Origin: an uncultured Alphaproteobacteria bacterium
GTDB lineage: Bacteria > Pseudomonadota > Alphaproteobacteria > Parvibaculales > Parvibaculaceae
Direction of reading: 5' to 3'
DNA: 64,000 bases
Assembly (NCBI GenBank): GCA_903889655.1
Contig: CAISYL010000199.1
Location: 22,966 to 86,965 of the forward strand
This document shows, piece after piece, positions 1 through 7,735 of the stretch. Under the pieces are notes generated by a model. The model saw nothing but the letters and a program-made list of their open reading frames with translations. It did not search any database and was not told the origin of the DNA. Both the position numbers and the translations under genes were made by a program. The stretch's first letter is position 1; the number at the start of each line of letters is the position of its first letter.

Positions 1-879
1 GACCTGATGAAGCTGCAGGTCGAGACGCCATCGCAGCTCGTCGACATCAATCGCCTGCCTCTCGACAAGATAGAGGACACGAGCGATGGCGGATTGCGGA
101 TCGGCGCTACCGTCCGCAATAGCGATCTTGCCGCCGATCCGCGTGTCCGCCGACGCTACGGTGTGTTGAGCCGTGCGCTACTTTCCGGCGCCAGCGCGCA
201 ACTGCGCAACAAGGCGACGACGGGCGGCAATCTGCTGCAGCGGACGCGCTGTTATTATTTTTACGATGTGACGAAACCCTGCAACAAGCGAGAACCGGGA
301 TCGGGTTGCGCCGCGCTTGGCGGATTCAACCGTATTCACGCCGTGCTTGGGACCAGCGAGCTTTGTATCGCGACGCATCCTTCGGACATGGCCGTGGCCA
401 TGCGTGCGCTCGACGCCAATGTCGAAACGCTGGACGCCGAGGGCAAGGCGCGAAGCATTCCGATCGCCGATTTCCATCGTTTTCCGGCGCGAACCCCGCA
501 GATCGAGACGATGCTGAAGCCCGGTGAGATCGTCACCGCCGTAACGCTCCCACCACCGCCGCCAGGCACGCAGATCTATCGCAAGGTCCGCGATAGAGCC
601 TCCTATGCCTTCGCACTCGTGTCCGTTGCCGCCATCGTCGATGCTGCAGGCGGACGCATCCGCTCCGCCCGTCTCGCCTTTGGCGGTCTCGCGTCAAAGC
701 CCTGGCGTGTCGCGCAGGCGGAAGAGCGGTTGGCCGGCGCATCCGCGGACGCCGAGGCATTCGATGGCGCCGCGAACGCCGTCCTCGATGGCGCCCGAGG
801 TTACGGCCACAATGATTTCAAGGTTCCGCTGGCGCGGCGCACCCTGCGCGCCGTTCTGACGGAAGCCACCCGAGCGTAG
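1..879 (+). CDS. FAD-binding subunit of a xanthine dehydrogenase/aldehyde oxidoreductase-family molybdoenzyme (CoxM/PaoB-like); 5' end outside window
   Basis: Frame is open from base 1 (ORF track 7..879). CO-dehydrogenase-flavoprotein-like sequence including [13 protein letters not shown]. Stop lies 10 nt before the Mo-subunit gene, whose AGGAG site overlaps the stop. Confidence 0.8.
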   Translation, partial: DLMKLQVETPSQLVDINRLPLDKIEDTSDGGLRIGATVRNSDLAADPRVRRRYGVLSRALLSGASAQLRNKATTGGNLLQRTRCYYFYDVTKPCNKREPGSGCAALGGFNRIHAVLGTSELCIATHPSDMAVAMRALDANVETLDAEGKARSIPIADFHRFPARTPQIETMLKPGEIVTAVTLPPPPPGTQIYRKVRDRASYAFALVSVAAIVDAAGGRIRSARLAFGGLASKPWRVAQAEERLAGASADAEAFDGAANAVLDGARGYGHNDFKVPLARRTLRAVLTEATRA

Positions 880-889
880 GAGCGAGCCC

Positions 890-3103
890 ATGGATATGAA
901 CGCCCCCATCGGCCAGAACGCGCTCGACGATCCGAAAAGCATCGTCGGAAAGCCGCTCGATCGCATCGACGGCCGGCTGAAGGTCACCGGCGCCGCTCGC
1001 TACGCTTATGAATTCGCGCAAGAGACGACGACAACCTATGGCTATGTCGTCGAAGCCGCGATCGGCAAGGGACGGATCAGATCGATCGACACGCGCGCCG
1101 CCGAGCGATCCCCCGGCGTGGTTTTGATTCTCACGCATCGTAACACCCCCGGGCAAGGCACGGGTAGCCACCACGAAGCGCATCCCGTGCTCACCGACGC
1201 GAACGTGAATTACTACGGACAGCCGGCCGCCTTCGTCGTCGCCGAAACCTTTGAGCAAGCCAGAGCGGCCGCCTATCTGGTGCGCGTGGATTACGAGCGG
1301 GTGGCCGGAAAATACGCACTGGAATCCAATCTCAAATACGCAGGCAGCCCGCCGGCACAGGAAGGGCAGCCCCATCCCGACAGCGCCGTCGGCGACTTTA
1401 CGGGCGCCTTCGCCTCGGCGCCGGTGCAACTCGACGTGACCTATACGACCCCGCTGCAAAGCCACGCGATGATGGAGCCTCATGCGAGCATGGCGGTATG
1501 GGAGGGTGACAAACTGACGCTCCATACCGCGAACCAGATGCTGAGCCAGGGGCAGGAGGCGGTCGCCAGAACGCTGAAAATGCCTGTCGAGAACGTTCGC
1601 CTCATCAGTCCCTTTATCGGCGGCGGTTTCGGCGGGAAACTCTGGGTGAATGCCGACGCCATCCTGGCCGCCATAGCTGCACGCCAGCTCAATCGGCCGG
1701 TGAAGACGGCGCTGACGCGCCAGCAGATATTCCATGTTACGACGCATCGCTCGGACACCGTTCAGCGCATTCGCCTCGGCACGGACCGCGACGGCCGTAT
1801 CGTCGCAATCGGGCATGACGTCTTCTCGGGCAATCTGCCGAGCGAGCAGAGCTTCGAAACCGCAGCCATGCAGACCCGGACGCTTTATGTCGGCGCGAAC
1901 AGATTGACCCGGCACCGCCTGGTGCCCCTGGACATTCCGATTGCATCCTCGATGCGGGCGCCCGGCGAGGCGGTCGGCATGCTCGCCCTCGAATGTGCGA
2001 TGGACGAACTGGCGGCAAAGCTCAACCTCGATCCGATCGATCTGCGCATCCGCAACGAGCCGACGGAAGACCCCGAAAAGCACATTCCCTATTCGAGCCG
2101 TCATCTGATCGCCTGCCTTCAGGAAGGTGCAAAGCGCTTCGGCTGGGACAAGCGCAATCCGAAGCCGGGCCAGGTCGCCGACGGACGCTGGCTTGTCGGC
2201 ATGGGCGTCGCCGCCGCTTCGCGCGGCAATCCGCTTCGGACGTCGAAAGCCAATGTGCGCCTCGATCCCGACGGCATCCTCACCGCGAAGATGGCGATGA
2301 CGGACATCGGCACCGGCACCTATACGATCATGACCCAGATCGCCGCCGAGATGCTCGGCCTGCCGCCCGACCGCATCCGGATGGAACTGGGCGATACCCG
2401 CTTTCCGGAAGCCGCCGGCTCAGGCGGCTCGTTCGGAGCGGCGAGTGCCGGCTCCGCCCTCTTCGATGCCTGCGAAACGTTACGCGCGAAGCTCGCCGGC
2501 GCGGCTGGCATGGATCCGAAAGCCGCGCGCTTCGCCGATGGCAATATCGAGGCTGGCGGACGATCGAAGCGCCTGACCGATCTCGTCGGCAATGCGGGCA
2601 TGGAAGCGGATGGCGAGATCGGCCCAGGCACGACGCTGAAGGATTTCTCGCAGCAATCCTATGGCGCGCATTTCGCGGAGGTCGCCGTCGACATGGATAC
2701 CGGCGAAATCCGCCTGCGGCGTATGCTCGGCGTCTTCACCGCCGGTCGCATACTGAACGAGAAGACCGCCCGCTCGCAGGCGATCGGCGGCATGGTCTTT
2801 GGTATCGGCGCCGCGCTGGAGGAGGGCCTCAATCTCGATCCGCGCTTCGGCCATTTCGTCAATCATGACCTTGCCGAATATCATGTACCGGTCCATGCAG
2901 ACGTGCCCGTCATCGACGCCGTCTTTCTGCCCGAGCTCGACACGAAATCGAATCCGTTGAAAAGCAAGGGTATCGGCGAACTCGGCATCAGCGGCGCCGG
3001 CGCGGCGCTCGCCAACGCGATTTACAACGCCTGCGGTGCGCGCGTCCGTGATTATCCGATCACGCTGGACAAGGTGCTGACGGTACTGCCCGTGCAGGCC
3101 TGA
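890..3103 (+). CDS. Molybdopterin-binding large subunit of xanthine dehydrogenase/aldehyde oxidoreductase family (PaoC/YagR-like)
   Basis: 737-aa ORF. N-terminal GKPLDRIDGRLKVTGAARYAYE hammerhead-type start. Length and order (FAD subunit then Mo subunit) are typical of Pao/Xdh three-subunit enzymes. Confidence 0.9.
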   Translation: MDMNAPIGQNALDDPKSIVGKPLDRIDGRLKVTGAARYAYEFAQETTTTYGYVVEAAIGKGRIRSIDTRAAERSPGVVLILTHRNTPGQGTGSHHEAHPVLTDANVNYYGQPAAFVVAETFEQARAAAYLVRVDYERVAGKYALESNLKYAGSPPAQEGQPHPDSAVGDFTGAFASAPVQLDVTYTTPLQSHAMMEPHASMAVWEGDKLTLHTANQMLSQGQEAVARTLKMPVENVRLISPFIGGGFGGKLWVNADAILAAIAARQLNRPVKTALTRQQIFHVTTHRSDTVQRIRLGTDRDGRIVAIGHDVFSGNLPSEQSFETAAMQTRTLYVGANRLTRHRLVPLDIPIASSMRAPGEAVGMLALECAMDELAAKLNLDPIDLRIRNEPTEDPEKHIPYSSRHLIACLQEGAKRFGWDKRNPKPGQVADGRWLVGMGVAAASRGNPLRTSKANVRLDPDGILTAKMAMTDIGTGTYTIMTQIAAEMLGLPPDRIRMELGDTRFPEAAGSGGSFGAASAGSALFDACETLRAKLAGAAGMDPKAARFADGNIEAGGRSKRLTDLVGNAGMEADGEIGPGTTLKDFSQQSYGAHFAEVAVDMDTGEIRLRRMLGVFTAGRILNEKTARSQAIGGMVFGIGAALEEGLNLDPRFGHFVNHDLAEYHVPVHADVPVIDAVFLPELDTKSNPLKSKGIGELGISGAGAALANAIYNACGARVRDYPITLDKVLTVLPVQA

Positions 3104-3125
3104 GCTTCACTTCCTTGTCGGCCGA

Positions 3126-3169
3126 ATAAAAAAGCCCGCCGGGCACGATGTCCGGCGGGCTTGCTTTTA
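3126..3169. terminator. Bidirectional rho-independent terminator between convergent genes
   Basis: 11-bp perfect stem AAGCCCGCCGG (3132-3142) / CCGGCGGGCTT (3152-3162) with a 9-nt loop. Flanked by an A-run on the left and TGCTTTTAT on the right, so a U-tract is present on both strands. Confidence 0.7.
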
Positions 3170-3180
3170 TCCGACCCCGA

Positions 3181-4752
3181 TTACTCGTAGACGAACTCAG
3201 CACCATCGAGATCGATTTCCGGAAGCTGATCCTTCTCGACCCAATAGTCCTGCGTGTGCTGCCACTCCGGCTTGTCACCGCGCTTGGGCAGCAGGTGCAT
3301 GCCACGCATCAGATAACCGGGATTGAAGTTCTCCGGATCGATCCATGGCAGCAAGGGCATGTCCTTGTCCTCGGGCCTGAGCGCGACGCTCACCTTCTTC
3401 GCGCCTTTCCGTGTCATGTGATTGAGGAGACGGGCCACGAAATCGCCGAGCAGGTCGACGCGGAGCGTCCAGCTCGCCCGGAAATATCCGAAGACCCAGA
3501 TCATGTTGGGTACACCCGTGAACATCATGCCGCGATAGGTGACGGTTCTGGAGAAGTCGAGCGGCTTGTCGTCGACAGCGAAATCGATGTCGCCGAGCAC
3601 GCTGAGATTGAAGCCCGTCGCCGTGATGATGATGTCGGCCTCAAGCTCCTTGCCGGATTTCAGCAGGATGCCTTTCTCGGTAAATCGCTCGATCTCGTCG
3701 GTGACGACCGACGCCCTGCCCGACGCAATGCCCTTGAAGATGTCGCCATCGGGAACGAAGGCGATGCGCTGGCGCCAGGGCCGGTAGCGCGGCGTGAAAT
3801 TCTTTTCCACTTCTTCCTGCGGAAGAAACATGCCGACGGCCGCGAGCAGTTCCTGCCGTACAACCTCTGGTTCTTCGAAAGAGCGGCGCGTGAACTCGGC
3901 CTGATCGTGCAGCACTTTCCGCCGCGTGATTTCGTGGATCCAGGCCTCGTCGATCTTCAGCGCCCGCAGCTGGTCGGCGAGCTCGTTCTCGTTGCGGCCG
4001 GGAATGAAATAGGTTGGCGAGCGCTGCAGCAGCGTGACGTGCTTGCAGTCGCCGGCGATGGCCGGAACGAGCGTCGCCGCCGTCGCGCCAGAGCCGATGA
4101 CCAGCACATTCTTGCCCTTGCAGTCGAGGTCTTCCGGCCAGGTCTGCGGATGAACGATCCGGCCTTTGAACTTCTCCATGTCCTCCCATTCGGGCGTATA
4201 GCCGGCCGAATGGCGGTAGTAGCCCTGGCACATCCAGAGGAAGTTCGTGGTGAAACGGAAGGTCTCGCCGGTGTCGGTCCGGGTCGCCTCGATCGTCCAG
4301 AGATTGTCTTTGCTCGACCAGCGGGCGGAGGAAATCTTGTGGCGGTAGCGGATATGCCGTGCGAGATCGTTCTCGGAGATGACCTCGCCCATATAGGTCA
4401 GGATTTCCTCGGCGCTGGCGATCGGCGCGCCGGTCCAGGGCTTGAAACGATAGCCGAAGGTGTAAAGATCGCTGTCGGAACGGATGCCCGGATATTTGTG
4501 CATCCGCCATGTGCCGCCGAAGTCTTCAAGCCCCTCGAGCACGACGAAGCTCCTGTCGGGGCACTGCTCCTTCAGGTGATAGGCGGCGCCGACGCCGGAA
4601 ATCCCCGCGCCAACGATCAGCACGTCGAAATGCTCGACCTTTTGCGAGGCGACCGGTGCCGGCCTTGCGAGTGTTTCTGTCCCTGTCATGGATCTGTTCT
4701 TTCTTTGATGGCTGTTCATCGCGGCGGGCGTATCGCCTTCGCCTGGAAGCAT
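3181..4752 (-). CDS. Type I Baeyer-Villiger flavin monooxygenase (EthA-like, FAD/NADPH-dependent)
   Basis: DVLIVGAGISGVGAAY Rossmann motif, BVMO fingerprint FKGRIVHPQTWP (FxGxxxHxxxWP), second dinucleotide site VLVIGSGATA. True start may be an internal ATG at 4719 or 4689; no strong SD at any candidate. Confidence 0.85.
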   Translation of the reverse strand: MLPGEGDTPAAMNSHQRKNRSMTGTETLARPAPVASQKVEHFDVLIVGAGISGVGAAYHLKEQCPDRSFVVLEGLEDFGGTWRMHKYPGIRSDSDLYTFGYRFKPWTGAPIASAEEILTYMGEVISENDLARHIRYRHKISSARWSSKDNLWTIEATRTDTGETFRFTTNFLWMCQGYYRHSAGYTPEWEDMEKFKGRIVHPQTWPEDLDCKGKNVLVIGSGATAATLVPAIAGDCKHVTLLQRSPTYFIPGRNENELADQLRALKIDEAWIHEITRRKVLHDQAEFTRRSFEEPEVVRQELLAAVGMFLPQEEVEKNFTPRYRPWRQRIAFVPDGDIFKGIASGRASVVTDEIERFTEKGILLKSGKELEADIIITATGFNLSVLGDIDFAVDDKPLDFSRTVTYRGMMFTGVPNMIWVFGYFRASWTLRVDLLGDFVARLLNHMTRKGAKKVSVALRPEDKDMPLLPWIDPENFNPGYLMRGMHLLPKRGDKPEWQHTQDYWVEKDQLPEIDLDGAEFVYE

Positions 4753-4840
4753 GACTTCATTTTGAAACCGGCGGTGCCGGCGTCAACTTCTATCTGAAAA
4801 CGCGGCATGTCAAAATTGACGCAGGGGCACCCTAGAACCG

Positions 4841-4880
4841 GACAAACAAAAACGCCGCAGCAATTTCTTGCTGCGGCGTT
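4841..4880 (-). terminator. Orphan intrinsic terminator (minus-strand polarity)
   Basis: 13-bp perfect stem AACGCCGCAGCAA (4851-4863) / TTGCTGCGGCGTT (4868-4880), loop TTTC. On the minus strand it is followed by TTTTGTTTGT. No minus-strand CDS ends nearby. Confidence 0.55.
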
Positions 4881-5114
4881 CTGAATTTGGTTGCGGGGGC
4901 ACGATACCAACTTTGGCGAACTTCGCTCCAAGTTCCGAGAATTTAGACCGAAACAGAAGCCGCAACTCTTGCCCCGAAGCGAAATCAAAACCGACTATCA
5001 GCGCCAATCGTGGCGCTTCTACTCGTGCTCCAAATACAAGTAAATTCTGCTTATGCCGATGGCAGTCCCTTGGGGAAATCGGCAGCTTATAGCCAACCGT
5101 GGCACGGAGGCAGC

Positions 5115-5492
5115 ATGGCGTTCATGACCGATCCCGTCGCAAGGGATATGGCCTTCAGAAAATGGGGCCTGCCGGAATGTCTGCACGTCCCCATCGCGGC
5201 GATCGACGAGAACGCGATCCGGACCTACGTCGGCGACATCCTGGAAGAACTGGGTCGAGGGTCCCCGCCCAGGGCGCTGCTCGTCCGCGCGAAAGAACCC
5301 CCGCCCCCCGATCGGAGCCTGCCGATCTGGCACCTTGAGGGATCGAAGACCTTTCATGAGCCCTTGCAGGTCTGGGTTGACGTCGCATACACCCGTTATC
5401 GCCCTGCCTACCGGAAAGCGTTTCCGACCGAGGACATCGCCGACAGGATTTTGAGCCACACCATGAACCGGCGGACCGCTGCCCTCAAGTGA
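5115..5492 (+). CDS. Hypothetical protein (orphan); frame continues open past an in-frame TGA to 5735
   Basis: ATG at 5115 is preceded by ACGGAGGCAGC (GGAGG SD). 125 codons, then TGA at 5490-5492, then 80 more sense codons in the same frame. No family recognised. Confidence 0.4.
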   Translation: MAFMTDPVARDMAFRKWGLPECLHVPIAAIDENAIRTYVGDILEELGRGSPPRALLVRAKEPPPPDRSLPIWHLEGSKTFHEPLQVWVDVAYTRYRPAYRKAFPTEDIADRILSHTMNRRTAALK

Positions 5493-5852
5493 TTCAGGTA
5501 CGTAAGGATCACGCCGACCTCACGCGCCTCGAATTCGAGCAGCGCGTTTTCAGAAAACTGGGGCGTCGCCCTTCACGGCTCACCTGAGCAGATGGCGACG
5601 AATAGACGGTCCGGGGCGTTCATTCAATATGCCGACCTGACCGATCTCATGCTGATGCTGGACATGAAACTGGGTGGCGGGATCATGGAGGCCGTAAATG
5701 AGAGCCGGAGACTCGTGCGACCAAGAACCTTTTGACGAGGCCAAAATGCCCGATCATATGGGTAGACGGTAGCCCCGGCGCGGTGGCTGCCACGATTCGA
5801 CGGCAATCGAAGCAAAGCTGCCATAAGTCGGAACCGATCGAATGATGTCACG

Positions 5853-6125
5853 ATGAGCTTGAGCTTCAGCCTATATATGGACATCCGCGAGTTCACACGC
5901 GAGTTGGAAGTGCTGCGCGCCTATCGCGGGGGATATGTCGGAAGCAACCTTCTTGAAGCGCTTGAAAAAGCGCGTCTGCTGATTCCACGAATTCGGATTC
6001 GCTATCCTGATCCCGTCGCCCGCCGCTTCTGGGCCGAAGCGCATGATGAACGGATGGGCCAACTAAAACTAACGATGGAGCCCAATGGCCCCCGCTGGGA
6101 GACAGATCTGGCTCCGGTTGTCTGA
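5853..6125 (+). CDS. Hypothetical protein, possibly truncated by the IS insertion
   Basis: 90-aa ORF with protein-like composition (REFTRELEVLRAYRGGYVGSNLLEALEKARLL...). Its stop TGA (6123-6125) coincides with the candidate left end of the IS. No SD seen. Confidence 0.3.
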   Translation: MSLSFSLYMDIREFTRELEVLRAYRGGYVGSNLLEALEKARLLIPRIRIRYPDPVARRFWAEAHDERMGQLKLTMEPNGPRWETDLAPVV

Positions 6126-6250
6126 ACAGCTTCGCGCTGGAGATAAGTGAAGTCCTGCCGGGTTTCTCTGGTCGGTGTATTGAGCTTTCGGGGTGCGGCG
6201 CAGGGAGGGCGTAGCCCGACCTGCGTTGCTCCCCGAAAGCGTGGCGAAGT

Positions 6251-7128
6251 TCATGCGGCCGCACTCTGCGACAGATGACCGAAGTAGGCCTCATCCGGCG
6301 TTTGCCGGTCAAGGCTTGAGTGTGGCCGGCGCCGATTGTAGAAGTCCAGATATCTGCCAATCGAAGCGCGTGCCTCACCGACGCTGTCGTAGGCGTGTAG
6401 ATAGACCTCCTCGTATTTGACCGATCTCCAGATGCGCTCGATGAAGACGTTGTCGCGCCACGCGCCCTTGCCATCCATGCTGATGGCGACCGCGTTACCG
6501 GTCAGCACGCCGGTGAAGCCGGCGCTGGTGAACTGGCTTCCCTGATCGGTGTTGAAAATCTCCGGCTTGCCGTGCTGCGCCAGGGCTTCCTCGACCGCCT
6601 CGATGCAGAACCCGGCCTCCATCGTGATCGAGAGCTGCCAGGCCAGAACGCGGCGGCTGAACCAGTCGACAACGGCAGCGAGATAGACGAAGCCGCGCAC
6701 CATCGGGATATAGGTGATGTCCATCGCCCAGACCTGGTTCGGACATTCGACCTTCAGCCCACGCAGGAGATAGGGGTAAATCTTGTGACCTGGCATGGGC
6801 TTCGACGTGTTCGGTCGGCGATAGATTGCCTCGATTCCCATGCGCTTCATCATCGTCGTGACGCGCCGTCGGCCGATCTGGATCCCCTCCCGGCACAGCA
6901 TGTCCCGCAACATCCGGCTGCCCGCGAACGGGTAATCCAGATGCAGTTCGTCGATGCGGGCCGCATGACGCCCAGGTCCGTGGCCGACGCCGGTCGGGGC
7001 TTGTAGTAGACGCTGCCCCGGCTGATGTTCAGAACCTTCGCCTGGCGCGAAATGGGAAGATCGTGCGAACGGTCGATCATCGCTTTGCGCTCAGCATGCC
7101 GGCCTTGCTGAGCGCGCCCTCCAAAAAA
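6251..7128 (-). pseudogene. IS3-family transposase OrfB (integrase/DDE core), disrupted by an extra frame change
   Basis: The -1 frame after TTTTTTG reads FFGG...MIDRSHDLPISRQAKVLNISRGSVYYKPRPASATDLGVMR. The conserved continuation RIDELHLDYPFAGSRMLRDML...DQGSQFTS...RRRPHSSL is in a different frame. The indel lies in the run GCGGGCCGC at about 6955-6963. Confidence 0.7.
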
Positions 7129-7385
7129 TCCTTCTCCAGCGTCAGCTCTCCGATCTTGGCGTGCAGCGCCTTCAGGTCCACCGGCGCCGTCTCGGCGCTC
7201 ACCGCGCCCGAGCCGAAGACGCCGGCCGCACCATCCAGAAGCTGCGCTTTCCAGGCCGTGATCTGGTTGGGATGAACATCGAAAACCTGTGCCAGCTCGG
7301 CCAGCGTCTTCTCGCCCTTGATGGCGGCCAAAGCCACCTTTGCCTTGAAGGCCGGTGTGTGGTCCCGGCGCGGTCGTCTGGTCAT
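7077..7385 (-). CDS. IS3-family transposase OrfA (helix-turn-helix)
   Basis: MTRRPRRDHTPAFKAKVALAAIKGEKTLAELAQVFDVHPNQITAWKAQLL... AGGAGAG SD before the ATG at 7385. Slippery TTTTTTG (plus 7122-7128) near the 3' end for -1 frameshifting into orfB. Confidence 0.85.
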   Translation of the reverse strand: MTRRPRRDHTPAFKAKVALAAIKGEKTLAELAQVFDVHPNQITAWKAQLLDGAAGVFGSGAVSAETAPVDLKALHAKIGELTLEKDFLEGALSKAGMLSAKR

Positions 7386-7451
7386 GATCTCTCCTGCTGT
7401 GCGGCAATCCTCGCCGCTGTCAGGCAGAAAATCCACTTATCCCCTTGTCCA

Positions 7452-7735
7452 GATTCCCGGGGCCAGCTCTTCGCCCCGTGGTGCCAAGCTGCCGGTCGAG
7501 TGGTAAGGCAACAGCGTCTACACCGCGACAGGAGCATCCTTCGTTTGCCGATGTTCGTAGGACGCCACTTTCTCCATATGATCAGGCGCGATGATCCATG
7601 TTCCATCCGGCTGACGTTCCACCGTCCCGGTTAGCCGCCGCACCGCTTCAAGTCGGCGCGCGTGCGTCTTTGAGCTTGCGCCCAACCATGGACCAGGCGG
7701 GCTGGCAAATCCCAGGTCAAACAAACCTAAAAACG
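7452..7735 (-). pseudogene. Decayed remnant of a DUF3363/relaxase-associated (conjugative plasmid-type) gene
   Basis: The minus frame reads ...HARRLEAVRRLTGTVERQPDGTWIIAPDHMEKVASYEHRQTKDAPVAV then TAG. Family-like residues (LDRQLG, AKSWPRE) continue in shifted frames up to the IS end. Assigned from memory of the family only. Confidence 0.3.

Larger units (their letters stand above)
6123..7451 (-). mobile_element. IS3-family insertion sequence (orfA + frameshifted orfB), about 1.3 kb; ends approximate
   Basis: Contains IS3-type orfA (HTH) and a DDE/rve orfB. Imperfect terminal inverted repeats: TGGAGATAAGTGAAGTCCTGCC (from 6138; alternative end TGAACAG at 6123) versus reverse complement of the right end TGGACAAGGGGATAAGTGGATTTTCTGCC (7451 down to 7423). 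Confidence 0.75.

Noticed and set aside
818-2104. 428-aa minus-strand ORF inside the molybdoenzyme large-subunit gene
   Set aside because: Antisense shadow ORF. The plus-strand frame has the conserved Xdh-family sequence.
3148-4797. 549-aa plus-strand ORF covering the whole BVMO locus
   Set aside because: It is antisense to a gene with clear BVMO motifs. Composition is extremely R/A/G/P/D-rich, with no recognisable domain or SD. This is a typical shadow ORF of GC-rich DNA.
4881-4960. Possible tRNA or tmRNA fragment (att-site relic) next to the orphan terminator
   Set aside because: No GTTCGAATC-type T-loop, no acceptor/CCA arrangement and no cloverleaf could be drawn on either strand.
5490-5492. 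TGA at 5490 as selenocysteine or programmed read-through
   Set aside because: No SECIS-like stem-loop immediately downstream and no selenoprotein-like context. A nonsense mutation in an accessory gene is the simpler explanation.
6184-6240. Perfect 10-bp inverted repeat GCTTTCGGGG ... CCCCGAAAGC as the IS terminal repeat
   Set aside because: Both arms lie at the same (left) end of the element, downstream of the orfB stop. It is an internal stem-loop, not a pair of terminal IRs.
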